Position numbers and translations under genes: made by a program
Notes under the pieces: generated by a model
What the model was told of the DNA's origin: nothing
Databases searched by the model: none
Seen by the model: the letters and a program-made list of their open reading frames with translations, nothing else
NCBI GenBank assembly: GCA_964019335.1
Contig: OZ025714.1
Span: 186,001-250,000 of the forward strand
Length of the DNA stretch: 64,000 nucleotides
From: Diplonema japonicum
Lineage: Eukaryota > Protista > Euglenozoa: Diplonemea
Direction of reading: 5' to 3'
Shown here: positions 49,583-60,963 of the stretch, in pieces
How the letters are laid out: each line of letters opens with the position of its first letter
How positions within the stretch are numbered: position 1 is the first letter of the stretch

Positions 49583-51853
49583 TTAGAAGTAAGGCAAGAA
49601 ATTATTGATAACCGCATTCAAGAAATCAATGTCGACCAGAAACGCAATGTGAACAGATTTTCCAACAACACGGTCCAGCAAGGACGTGAGCTCCTTCCGT
49701 CCATGGGGCATGAACCGAACCCGGAACTTTCTGAACGAAACACATCGACTGTGCGACATATTCAAATTCCTAGCAATATCGTCGATCATGCTTTGCTTCC
49801 GAGAGGCCTTCGGGTAGGACCGGCACGACAAGGCCAGCGCAGACGAAGGTGCAACAAAAGTGTCCATCTCACTACCGAACAACAACACATGTTTGAACAT
49901 CCCAAGCTTGTCGTTCATCGACAATGAATGCAAGAATGCGGTATCCAACCGCAGCTCCCTAATATTCGAAGTTCTCTTAACACTGCTCAGCAGCCCCACT
50001 ACGCAACCTATTCTCATTTCAACTTCATGTTGCGCGATACCCAAATGCGGTCCGGACAACGAAATGTACGACCACAGAACACCCAAATAAGGCGCGAGGT
50101 GAGAACTCATTAGCGCTGCCCTGATGACAATTGTACCCATGGAATGCCCGATGAATGACAATCTACCAACGTTGAGCTGCATGTCGTCGATGTACTCCAC
50201 GACCTCCCTCGCAACTTTCTGTCCGAGCTTTTTGATGGATGAGTTCGGGGTTGGGCCCATTGACGTTACACAGTGAAACTCCGTACCCGGTGGAATGTAA
50301 AGTTGTAAATAATTCTTAAGAATAGAAAGATCTGTCGGTGCACCCTTCCACCCATGAACAAGCACGACTAGATGAACACCTGTCGCTGGTTCCGTTCGAA
50401 CTTTTGGAGCGGATTCTTTCCTTGAATTCGATAACGGCGTCTCGTCATCGAAGACCTCGTGTATTTCAATTTTGGTGTGTTCCGGGAAGTTGAAATATTG
50501 CGGGGCGGCCGGCGGGACGGCCGGCGGGGCGACCGGGTTCAGCATGGACTTGTAATGTTCCTTTATCGATTTGAAAAACGACGCGCGTGAGTACAATTCC
50601 TTCAGGTTGTATATCGCCCCGTTCGGTTCCTGAAGATGCCGCCACGCACCGACAACCTCTTTCGACAACACCGACAACACCTCGCTCAACGGTTTCACAG
50701 AGTCGACAAATGCTTCAACAGCAAGCTTCGCGTCTTTAATACACAATTCTGTGTCTTGCAAACACTTTGCTTCCGTGTTCATGAAGTGACAAACGTGGAC
50801 CGGGCTTAAATTCCTCGCTTTTTCGACTTTTTCCCATGCCAGGTCGACTGTTAGAGTGCTGCTGGTACTTGTGGATTCGGAGCCGGGGAAATCGGTGATG
50901 TCGATTTCTTCCATCCCAACCTCATTTTCCCTTTCCGAACGGTCTTTTTTCAACGCGAAAAGTCTGCCGCCGTGGTCTTCGTACAGAGAACGATGGTCCT
51001 TGCCCCATACTTGCAACAAATAGTACGCGTAGCAAAGATACGAACAGAGTATTCGAAACCTCTGTTCCTGAAGGAGATCGTACTCCTCTGTCGAAGGCGG
51101 TATTCCAAATGCAGAGCTTCCATCCGTTACTTCAGTGATGCCTGTTATGGACGAGCAAACGTGTACATCTATTTTAGAGAAATACCAGTTTGTGAAAACA
51201 ACAGGTACCCATTCTGTGTGCGGGAGGAGCCCGAATTTGAAAGGGATTGTTACCGTCGACACCACCGCCATGTCCTTGATCTCAACCTCGGGTGTCATTT
51301 TTACTATTTTCCGAACCTGTCCGTCGCTTGAAATCTCTTCCATTCTTTCAAGGTCGAGCGTGGCTTGCTGGCCGTCGATGGTTACCTTTATGATTTTCTT
51401 GCTTCCGATGGAGGATGCAAGCTTGCTTAGAATCTTTGGTGGATATGCTTCTCGGCGGGTGCCGCCGCCACGCACACGGCCGTAAATATCGTCTGTGCTT
51501 CTTTTTTCCAACGCCTCTTTCGCCAAATGCCACAGTTGGAATTTTAATAAAAGCGTGTCGCCAAAACCCCGCATTGACCGCAGCCCGTTCAGCACGATGC
51601 TGAATTTTGTCACAGTGTCCAGCACCTCCAGCTGGTCCTTGTATTTTACATAAAATGTTTTTGTGTGTGTTTTTCCCTCACCGAAGCTTCCGATGCCGGT
51701 TGTCTCGCCCTTCACGAAATGGTCGTACGGGCGGCCTACCTCGCCGGTCTCAGCGCTTAGTTCTACCGAAATTGCGTATATCCCCTGGGAGAACAGGTCA
51801 ATGTTCAGATAGCGAACCAAGTCCACAACCACCTCCGCTGAGGCAACGTACAT
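49583..51853 (-). CDS. FAM135: FAM135-like protein (DUF676 alpha/beta-hydrolase) with WWE-like insert
   Basis: NIDLFSQGIY N-terminal motif; HLVVLVHGWKG, SFIGHSMG, SLSGPHLG; C-terminal HIAFL. Confidence 0.85.
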   Translation of the reverse strand: MYVASAEVVVDLVRYLNIDLFSQGIYAISVELSAETGEVGRPYDHFVKGETTGIGSFGEGKTHTKTFYVKYKDQLEVLDTVTKFSIVLNGLRSMRGFGDTLLLKFQLWHLAKEALEKRSTDDIYGRVRGGGTRREAYPPKILSKLASSIGSKKIIKVTIDGQQATLDLERMEEISSDGQVRKIVKMTPEVEIKDMAVVSTVTIPFKFGLLPHTEWVPVVFTNWYFSKIDVHVCSSITGITEVTDGSSAFGIPPSTEEYDLLQEQRFRILCSYLCYAYYLLQVWGKDHRSLYEDHGGRLFALKKDRSERENEVGMEEIDITDFPGSESTSTSSTLTVDLAWEKVEKARNLSPVHVCHFMNTEAKCLQDTELCIKDAKLAVEAFVDSVKPLSEVLSVLSKEVVGAWRHLQEPNGAIYNLKELYSRASFFKSIKEHYKSMLNPVAPPAVPPAAPQYFNFPEHTKIEIHEVFDDETPLSNSRKESAPKVRTEPATGVHLVVLVHGWKGAPTDLSILKNYLQLYIPPGTEFHCVTSMGPTPNSSIKKLGQKVAREVVEYIDDMQLNVGRLSFIGHSMGTIVIRAALMSSHLAPYLGVLWSYISLSGPHLGIAQHEVEMRIGCVVGLLSSVKRTSNIRELRLDTAFLHSLSMNDKLGMFKHVLLFGSEMDTFVAPSSALALSCRSYPKASRKQSMIDDIARNLNMSHSRCVSFRKFRVRFMPHGRKELTSLLDRVVGKSVHIAFLVDIDFLNAVINNFLPYF

Positions 51854-52512
51854 TGTCTTGATGGTTGGTTCTTCTTCGCAACCCCTGCCCCCTTTTGTTG
51901 TTGTGAAAATCGTGCTTACAAAAGTTTTTTTTTTGAATAAAAAACGTGGGGAGGGGGGGGGAGAAGGAATATTTCTTTTTTCTTAAGCATTTGAGGACTT
52001 TTCAAGTGGAAGAAATTTGGAACCAGCCCTCTGTACAATGCGGGCGCTCCAAAAAAAAATCTGGCTTTTTTTCCCACCTCCGAAGAAAATAATTAAAAAA
52101 AAGAAAAAAAAGTGAGGGAGAAAAGAAAATAATTAAAAAAAAAAAGGGTTTGTACATTACTGTATTTTGTATTTAACATGGAACGGGGGGAAAAGAAAAA
52201 AGAAAATGGAACTTTCCCCCGTATATTAGATCCAAATACGGTATAAGAAAGGGGGGGAAAAGGGGAGGACGGGACGGTAAATACGCGATGTTTTTTTTTT
52301 TTTTTTTTTTTTTTTTTCTTTCAAAAGGAATATTCTACCTTTTTTTTTTTCTTTTTTTTTTTTTTTCCTATTCTTTTTTTTTTCTCTTGAGGACCCAAAT
52401 AAAGGGCGCCTTCTTTTTCTTTTTTTTTAGCTCATTTTTTTTTAATTACGGGAAAAACCTGGAAAGGCCCCCTCATTTACAGAATCTTTTTTTTTTTTTT
52501 TTTTTTTCTTTT

Positions 52513-53722
52513 GAGAAAACTGCTAACTTGACCCCTAAGTTTGAAAAGCCACCCCCTTAGTTTGAGAAATGTTCAAGGTCTATCTTTAAAGAGGAAAAAG
52601 TTTCTGATCCAGTCCCCAAGGTTTCCTAAATCTCTGTGTAGTACCCCAAATCTTCAAAAAAACTCATACTCGACCCCTAGGTTTTAAAATGCTTGAATTC
52701 GGTCCCCTTAGTTTCATAAATGCTCAAAGTAGACCCCCTTGGTTTTCAAAATGTTCAGTTTCGGAAATACACAACCTGGGCCCCCTAGGTTTCCAGAATG
52801 CCCAACCTGGGCCCCCTATGTTTCCAGAATGCCCAACCTGGGCCCCCTATGTCTCCAGAATGCCCAACCTGGGCCCCCTATGTTTCCAGAATGCCCAACC
52901 TGGGCCCCCTATGTTTCATAAATGCTCAACAACATTTTTTCACCCCAACATTTCCTAGCTCTTTTTCCCATCATTATATCACAAAAACCAATCCATTTTA
53001 AAATGCCTACAACCCAGTCAAAGATTGTTGCTGATGCGGTGTTCTCAGACATGGCTGAAGAGAGGCCTTCTCGGACTGCTACAAGAGCGGTCGGGTGTTT
53101 AGCACTGTGAAAACCACCAGCGAAAAGGTGGTACTTGCCTGCTGCACTGAAGACTGCCAATGGAGGGTGGTGTTCCGGAATAAAGAAGGGGGGACATATG
53201 TAACATGCCTCCCCATACCTGCACCCTATCCAACCATGAAAGAAGGCACCAGTTGGCATTGCTGATTGGGTTAAGGATGCTTCGGGACAAGGTGGAGAAA
53301 TCCTCCGGTTAAGGGCCGACCCAGGCGATGACTGACATACTGGTCTTCAGGGAGGCAGGCATTGGACTTTCCTCTGCTAGGAGGGCTAGGGAGACTCTTT
53401 TCGGATCAGTGCAATGCGCACAACCTTGTTGAGCGCTAATAATGAAACTTAGGGGACCCATTCGGGTTATTTGTGAAACTAAGGGGGAGTTTTTTGAGTA
53501 TGAAAACTAAGGGGTTGACTTTGAGCGATTTCCCGCCGTAGGGGCCTAGTTAGGGCATTTGAAAACCTGAGGGGGCGGACTTTGAACACTACACGACTTT
53601 GGAAACTTAGGGGGCGGGATTTGAGCGTTTTGAAGACTTAGGGGGTGGACTTTGAGCATTTTGGAAACTTAGGGGTCGGAATTTAAGCATTTCGAAAACT
53701 TAGGGGTCATGTTAGGACTCTA

Positions 53723-53725
<3 letters not shown>
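52513..53725 (+). mobile_element. Non-autonomous Mutator-like (MULE) element with repeat-rich long TIRs
   Basis: Ends GAGAAAACTGCTAACTTGACCCCTAAGTTT / AAACTTAGGGGTCATGTTAGGACTCTACCC within T-runs. Internal MuDR DNA-binding remnant C.TEDCQWRV...HTC and SARRARETLFGS at about 53100-53410. Confidence 0.8.
52772..52927 (+). repeat. 31-bp tandem repeat, about 5 copies
   Basis: Unit CAACCTGGGCCCCCTATGTTTCCAGAATGCC. Confidence 0.93.
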
Positions 53726-53762
<37 letters not shown>

Positions 53763-53763
<1 letters not shown>

Positions 53764-55242
53764 CAAATAGAATTCTCGCCGCTGCGGTAAAACTGGTCCC
53801 TCTGCGCCCCCAGGTTCGTCCTCATCCCCTCAGATATGTACGACATAAACTCCTCAAAGTGAATCCGTTTCTTATTCGATGTGTCGATCTCGTTAAAGAT
53901 CCTCTGCGTGATAGATGCTATTGCTTGCTTCGGCACCCCAGAAAACACCTCAAGCCACATCACCTCCAGCTCCGCCTCATCTAACGTCCCATCACCAAAT
54001 TTATCGATACGTGAGAACGACGCTTCGAAAAGAGCACGCTCTTTATTGGTGATACCGGTCTCGGGAGGGGGGCCTTTACCACCTGTTTCCGACCCACCGT
54101 AAATAAATTCTTTGTGCTCGAGAAACTGGTAGTAATGGTAGGCTTGACTAAATTTCGGTGAAATGACAATCTCCTCGCGAACGAGGACGCCGAGCTGGTC
54201 AATTGGTTTCTCCAGAATCGTCTCGCATGGTTCGAAACCGATAGTGTCGTAGCCGAGTGTAAGTGTGGACCCGTCGATGTGGACTAGCGTTTGGTTTAAT
54301 ATTTCCAGTTCTTTTAAAAGCTGGTAGTCGTTGCCGGTTGCAACGGCGTCTAGAGACGCACGCTGATGATGCTGAAGGTTAGAAATCCACTCATCGACAA
54401 ACTCCTGCTCTATCTGAACCCTCTCGTTGTAGTTCTTGTGGTAGTGCTCCACCTTGTCGAGGAAGAACGACTCCTTCTGCGCGGCGATCTTTTTAAACAT
54501 CGAAAACTCGTCCCTAATCCGTTCCGTTGTGTCTGGAACAACAAGCTCCACTTCAGATATGAACGTGTTCAAGGTTTCAAGGGTGGTGGAAGCTTTCTCA
54601 CGCGCCGTGGCGAGCGTTTCTACTAAACGTGAAATTATATCGTGGACCGCAGTTGCACGAACACCTATCATTTGTTCGGAAGCCTTTGCTGTGATCATAT
54701 CGAAAAGGTACCCAACGTCCCATGGAAGGAGAATCTGTCGAAGGTGTGTAAACTCGTCTTTTATCTCAGCTAAGGTTTTATACTCACCCTCCGGGGAGTC
54801 GTTTTCATCTTCATCTGTGCATCGTGGTCCGGACATGACATGTTGAGCTTCCATCACAAGATTGTCTAATGTTGATAGGAGCTGTTCAACGACTGTTTTT
54901 TCCTTTTGGATTTTGTTGATTTCCCCGGCTTTGTGGCGTTGTAGGTCTCGGATAATCTGTGCTTCTCGTGTATCAAGCTGTTCGTTGTACTTCTTGAATG
55001 ATTTGTGGATATCCGCTATGGCGGTGTCTCCGCTGCTGTTTATACTGTCGATGGCTTTGTCTAGGATGGTAGATGCATCTTCTAGCTTTTCCAGGCGGTC
55101 CTCTGCGATTCTGCATGATTGCTTGATGTCTTTCTGAACATTTAAAGCGGTGTTCTTCTCGTGGGCGGAGAAGAATTCGTGGGTTACGTCGTAGTTTAAA
55201 GCGTCTTTTGCTGCTTTTGTTCTCGGTGTTTGGAACTGAATG

Positions 55243-55289
<47 letters not shown>

Positions 55290-55655
55290 TGATATATACA
55301 TCGCTGCTTTTTAAACAGTCCCCGTCGTGGAATTTATGCCGTTCTTTTTCTGTGGTGGTGAGCGCTCCCGTGTTTGGGTTTAGTACGGCTTCTTTTTTTT
55401 GAGAAACTTGGGCTTCTGTAGTGGGGGGGGGGGGGCTTTTTTTTTTGGAGGGGGTGGGTTTATACGTTTCAAGGCTTCGATCTCCTGGCGGAGTCGTTTG
55501 TTTTCTTCTGCTAAATTTTCCGACATTTTTATTTTATTTTTATTATCTTCGAGTGAATCCCCGGGCTTTTGTCCTGCCCCGCCCCCTCTCTTCGTGTTTG
55601 CTCCTGTGATGTTTGTTTATTCGTTTAAAAAAAAAAAAAAAAAAAACTCACCCAT
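53763..55655 (-). CDS. Coiled-coil (BBC/TRIM-like) protein with C-terminal EF-hand pair
   Basis: DKFGDGTLDEAE and DTSNKKRIHFEE EF loops; introns 55604-55651, 55416-55465 and 55236-55299 give an open frame from ATG 55655 (start less certain). Confidence 0.75.
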
Positions 55656-55887
55656 GTATTGGAAAAAAAAAAATCTAAGTAATAAACAAAAAATAAAATT
55701 GTGGGAGAGGGGTGTATGTGTGTGTGTGTGCGGGTGTTATCAAAAAAAAGGGGAGAACGAATGGGGGGGAAAAAAAAAGAGACATTTATATAAAAAAAAA
55801 AAAAGGACCCCTCCCCTGTTTTCTCTCTTTCTTCTTTCTTTATTTGGAAATAAAAAAAGTTTTATAAAAAAAAAAAAAAAATGAATA

Positions 55888-55922
<35 letters not shown>

Positions 55923-55927
<5 letters not shown>

Positions 55928-56795
55928 ATTTTGTAAAGTTACATGAGGAAATTCCTAAAGGACCATAAAAAATCAGAAATCACTTTACCGTTCACAAGTA
56001 AGTAAAAATAAAGTGAACAGTCAAGCATCCGAGGCAAAAGAGGCATAAACACACTTTACCACGTTTCCGGGCCACCAAGCATCACACCTGAGGCTGGCAA
56101 ATGCCGAAAATTACACTGGCCATGCATACAGGCGTTCTTTTGCACAATACCTTGTTGATGAAGGAACCTGCTATTTTGGCTGGAAGTCAGACCTGATCAA
56201 GCCCCCGCGCAAAACCAGCAGTTTCTGAAGAGCGATGATCAAGTGCCGACACAAATTACACAAAACCTACAGAATTCTGTCAATTTGACATCGTCTTCTC
56301 AGGCACTCAGGCTTAGTTTTGACATCAGTGTGAACATTTCGCAGAAGTGAACATAAAGGGTTCACAGTGTCCGAAAAACTTCCTCATTTAACTTTACAAA
56401 AATTAAATAAAATATCATATTAAATAAAAATCATGGCTGGATGGGTTGCATCCGCACTTAAATACAAGGCAAAGCGGGAACGCAACCGGCAGGTATTATC
56501 CATGCCCAGGTCAAGCACCCGCCCATCGAATGGAGCCTAACGGCATCGCCCAATCATTGGGCTAATTATGATACTCGGTATCTGGGTTACGGAGCTGTTT
56601 CTTCCTTTTTGCTATAAATCATCGATTCCCATGGTTTTGCCTAACGGGCCGCACAACTCTCATACGACCTATGCCTATGGGTTCGTAGAGTTGTGGGGCG
56701 TGTGAAGAAGAAATAAGAAAGAAGGAGGCATAGTTAGTTTATTACTTTCGTGCAATTGAACAGTGTTCCGGCCACGGTTTTTTTTTTTTTTTTAA
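55923..56795 (-). mobile_element. Inverted-repeat element, probably a third A-A'-B-B' family in reverse orientation
   Basis: About 31-bp IR at 55923-55953 / 56378-56408; adjacent junction ATATGATATTTTATTTAA (minus strand) is nearly identical to 34611-34628; weak second IR at 56421-56441 / 56767-56795. Confidence 0.55.
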
Positions 56796-56966
56796 TTTCT
56801 TTTTACAAATAAGCGAGAAGAGAGAAATAAAAAAAGAGAGAGGACATAAACAAAAGAAGAAAAAAAAGATGGAAAAACACCCGCTCCCCCCCCACCCCTA
56901 CCCCCACCCTATTAAAAAAAAAGATTTTGCGGAAAGAGGGGGGTTTTTTAACCCCCCCCCACCCAC

Positions 56967-56999
<33 letters not shown>

Positions 57000-57138
57000 T
57001 TTTAGAACAAGAAAAAAAAAAAAAAACATCCCCTCATCAGAGAGAGAAAAAAAAAAATTCTAACACTTTTTTTTTATTTTTTTTTTTTTTTATTTTTAAA
57101 ACACTCATCACCCCCTTTTATTTTTTCCTGTTTACGCA

Positions 57139-58620
57139 CTACAACAAATATTTCTGAAGATCGGTTTTGGCAAGCAGAGACTTTACCCTCTCTCTGACGT
57201 ACTCCGTGTCAATCGTCACAGTATTGCCGTTCAGCTCGGGGCCTCTGAACGAGATATCTTCCATAACCCTCTCCAACACAGTAATAAGCCTCCTCGCACC
57301 AATATTCTGCACAGAACGGTTGACCTCTGTCGAGATCTTCGCGATCTCTTTAACGGCGTCATCGGTGAACTCCAAGGTGAGACCCTCAGTTTCTAGCAAC
57401 GCAATATGCTGCCTGATAAGGTTGTGCTTGGGCTCAGTCAAAATGCGAAGAAAGTCGAATTCAGTCAAAGCCTTAAGTTCCACTCGAATTGGAAGCCTTC
57501 CCTGAAGCTCTGCAAGCATGTCTGACGGAGACGCAGAGTGGAAGGCCCCAGATGCAATGAACAGGATACGATCTGTCTTGACCTGTACCTGGCTTTTTGT
57601 TGTCACGGTAGAGCCTTCTATCAATGGCAAGAGATCTTGCTGGACGCCTTCTGCTGAGGCTTGCGGGCCTTGCCAGCTGTCTTTTGTAGTTACAATTTTG
57701 TCGATTTCGTCAATCACTACGATTCCGTCTTCTTCGCAAGCTTTTAACGCTTCCTTCTGAACGTCTGCAGAATCAAGAAGCTTCTCCATTTCTTCGGCTT
57801 CGACAGCGGGAAGCGCATCTTTAATCTTCATCTTCTTCTTAACCGTTCGCTGTTTACGTTGGTTCCCCGACAATGCTGAAAGGTCCATCATTGTAAGCCC
57901 CGCTGTGTATTTTTTTTTCAATTTTTTTTTTTTTTTTTTTTTTTTTGAATACCTTCCGAGAGCTGCATTTTCGGGCCTGGGATTTTCTCGGTCATTTCTA
58001 TCGTAACGACCATGTCGTCAAGGCCGCCTTCTTTCAGGTGTCCCCGGAAGGATTCCATTTCGTCCTTTCCAGCAAGGGCTTCTAGGACTCTGTCTTCGGC
58101 TCTGCGTCGTGCCTCGGCAGCGTTCTTCGCTCTTATCTTCGCTTTTGTGATGGAAATGGCGTTTTTCAACAGATCGTCAATGATCGTGTCGACGTCACGA
58201 CCGTGGTACCCTACTTCGGTGAATTTTGTAGCTTCAACCTTGACGAAGGGGGCGTCCGTGAGCTTTGCCAGCCTCCTTGCAATCTCTGTCTTCCCGACGC
58301 CTTTTTTTTTATTTTATTTTATTTATTTTATTTTTTTTTGTTTTGTCCCCAGTACCTGTCGGCCCGATCATGAGGATATTTTTCGGGAAGACTTCCTCCT
58401 TCATCTCCTCTGGGACTTGGTGCCTTCGCCATCTGTTTCTGAGAGCGATCGCTACTGCCTTCTTCGCATCCTTCTGTCCCACGATGTGCCTGTCCAGCAC
58501 GTCTACTGTCTCCCTGGGCTTCATCTCCGACGGTTGCAAAACAACCTCGATCTCCTCAGCAGGAGGATTCACAGCTGTCTGTGTGCACCATCGTCTAGCG
58601 GCCCTGAACCCTACCCTACG

Positions 58621-58623
<3 letters not shown>
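57139..58623 (-). CDS. hslU: Mitochondrial HslU (ClpY) AAA+ ATPase
   Basis: [20 protein letters not shown], spliced Walker [56 protein letters not shown]-terminal KYLL. Introns 58301-58355 and 57903-57952; Arg-rich presequence. Confidence 0.97.
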
Positions 58624-58664
<41 letters not shown>

Positions 58665-59028
58665 CCCTCTCTTTTTTTAAGACTTTCTTTCCCCTACCCT
58701 ACCCTTTTTTTTTTTTTTGGTACTGGGCAAGAAAGCACATAGAGTGAATAAAAAAAAATAAGAAAAGAATGTCTTTAGTTGCTTCGCAAGTCACTGATTT
58801 GCGGAGCAACTTCGTTTTCTTGAAGTACTACTATGCATGGTCGCTTTGAACTTTTTTAGCCGTTTGAAAAAAAAAAAAAAAAAAAAAAGGTAGGGGCTAA
58901 AAAAAAAAAAATAATGAAAAAAGAGAGAGATGAAACAAACATTGGGGTGGAGTTGAACAAAAAAAACTATCGCACATTGAATAGGGAGAAGAAAGCTTTA
59001 GTTAAACATTTAATCAGCTTGCCTACTC

Positions 59029-59065
<37 letters not shown>

Positions 59066-59532
59066 CAACGCCAACCGGGTCCTGTAAACCAAGAAAAATA
59101 TTTCACGCGAAAAAAAATAGTGATTCGCAAAAAGAAGTGAATAATTCTTGTGGTGAGTTAATTCTTAACTTCTTCTGAGAAATTGTTTTCCCGGTGATAC
59201 GATTTCTTTGTTAGCACACAATCATTCCCCGCCCCCTCTCAAAAACAGATGAGTTAGCACAAAAAGCTCAAGAAGAGCCCGCATAAGATTCGTATCTTTT
59301 CTTTTTTTTTTTGTCTTGCTATAGGAGGTTGGGGGGAACAGAAAAGTACTTTTGCTTGAAATGAAAGGTAGAACTGCAGAGAACGATAAAAAGTGATCAG
59401 ACTGCTAGAAGCACATCTTCACCATCAATTTTTTTTGCACTTCAGGATTATTCAAACAAGGGGGAGGGTGTCATGTTGCAAAATCACACTGTGGAAGGAA
59501 AAAAGATTCATTTCTTGGAACGTAACTTCAGC

Positions 59533-60963
59533 TTACTGCGGGATCTTGCAGAACTCATCGAATTTGCAGTCGCCCGCCATGGGGTAGGCGGTGAAGAGGT
59601 CGTCGGGGCTGCAGAACTGCACGTTCGTCTTGTCCGCCCCACACTTCGGCCACCTGATGCGCCTCTCGTTGTGGAGGAGCTCCGTCTTCCAGCTCGTCAC
59701 GCCCTCAGCATTCTCACACCTGTGCAGAACCATGTCCACGTTCGCCGCCATCGGGGAGATCACACCAGTGCGCCACTTCCTTGCCATCGCCTGTTCCCAA
59801 GGCATGTCCGCAGTGAGGGGGACAGGGTCCACGTACAGCCCAAGCTGGGCGAGGAGGGGCTGGATCGTGTCGCTGTGCCCGAACATGAAGGCCGCCTGCA
59901 CCTCGTTGTCGTCCTCAGAGTACTTCTTCAGACCATTCAAGAGTTTCGACATCAGAGGGCAAGCGAGCTCCTGTGCGATCTGGGTACCGTGGCCACCCTC
60001 GTAGTACTCCCCAAGGTCCTTCAGGAAGGCGAACATCTCGTAGTCCTTCTCCTCGAACACAGCACAGGGGCTGTGGCGGCGGGGGGTGTCGAGCACCACA
60101 GTCTCGAACATGCACGCCTTGTAAAGAAGCTCCAACCCGTCGAAGTCAAGCTTCCACACAGAGGTGTCGAGCTGGAGCTTCGCCGTCACACGGGCACCAA
60201 CCTCCTCCTCGAGCTTCTTCTCGAAGATGTCCTCCTGCACCTTCCCAGGGAAGTTGTCGTCGTCGGTGATCGCATCGTAGTTGGGGCAGTTGTCCGAAAA
60301 CCTGATGATCTTGTCACCATCGTAGTCCTCTAACCCGTTCCACAGGCAGAACATCGCAACAGGCTCGTTGTTGTCCCTCCCGAGTTGGCCCCTCCCCTCC
60401 TGGAAGGAGGACAAGGCGAAGGCGCTGGCTGACCTAGAGGTCCTGGTCTTCCAAGTGTGCTGGAAGGTGTGGTAGATGGGGTTGTAGTCCTCAGAGAGGA
60501 TGTCCCTACCGTATTTGCGCCTGTACCTTGCCCCCATCTTGTAGAGCTCCTCCTTCCCCACCTCGTTCAGGTGCTTCTCAACGTTGGTCGGGAAGGGGTT
60601 CGTCCAGGACTTCAGGAAGGCGTACCTGGGGTTCTTGATGGCACTCCCCTTGCTCGCGAGGAGCTCCTCCAAGTCCTTCACGTCGTCGTTGTCGTCGTAC
60701 CTCGACCCGTGCCTCCCGACGTGCTGTAGGTGCACAGCCTCACACCTCTCGTCACCCTCCCCCACGGGACCCTCGTGCTCGTGGTTGGACAGGGACTTCG
60801 AGCTCCAGTAAGGGGTCTTCGTTGTGAAGTCGTACTTAGTCGGCCTCCTGGAAGGAGGGTTCCTGTTCCTGTCCCACCAGTGCCACCCGTGGTGGCCCCA
60901 GTGGGAGGTGAAGGTCCCCTCAGCAGCGGCCAGAAGGCCCAACAGAAGCACGGCTTTCATCAT
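59533..60963 (-). CDS. MINPP1: Secreted histidine acid phosphatase, MINPP/phytase-like, copy 1
   Basis: Signal peptide; TKTPY, RHGSR and FGHSDT motifs; intronless. Confidence 0.88.
   Translation of the reverse strand: MMKAVLLLGLLAAAEGTFTSHWGHHGWHWWDRNRNPPSRRPTKYDFTTKTPYWSSKSLSNHEHEGPVGEGDERCEAVHLQHVGRHGSRYDDNDDVKDLEELLASKGSAIKNPRYAFLKSWTNPFPTNVEKHLNEVGKEELYKMGARYRRKYGRDILSEDYNPIYHTFQHTWKTRTSRSASAFALSSFQEGRGQLGRDNNEPVAMFCLWNGLEDYDGDKIIRFSDNCPNYDAITDDDNFPGKVQEDIFEKKLEEEVGARVTAKLQLDTSVWKLDFDGLELLYKACMFETVVLDTPRRHSPCAVFEEKDYEMFAFLKDLGEYYEGGHGTQIAQELACPLMSKLLNGLKKYSEDDNEVQAAFMFGHSDTIQPLLAQLGLYVDPVPLTADMPWEQAMARKWRTGVISPMAANVDMVLHRCENAEGVTSWKTELLHNERRIRWPKCGADKTNVQFCSPDDLFTAYPMAGDCKFDEFCKIPQ

Noticed and set aside
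52772-52927. 31-bp repeats as a CRISPR array
   Set aside because: Head-to-tail units without unique spacers, inside a MULE arm, in a eukaryote.
53445-53710. TTAGGG-like motifs as telomeric repeats
   Set aside because: Spaced about 30 bp apart as part of the TIR unit, not tandem.
57139-58623. HslU as bacterial contamination or recent horizontal transfer
   Set aside because: It has host-type introns and a presequence; mitochondrial HslVU is established in several protist lineages.
1246-58747. Many poly-K/poly-F ORFs and long plus-strand ORFs in the track
   Set aside because: They come from homopolymer runs or are antisense shadows of minus-strand genes.
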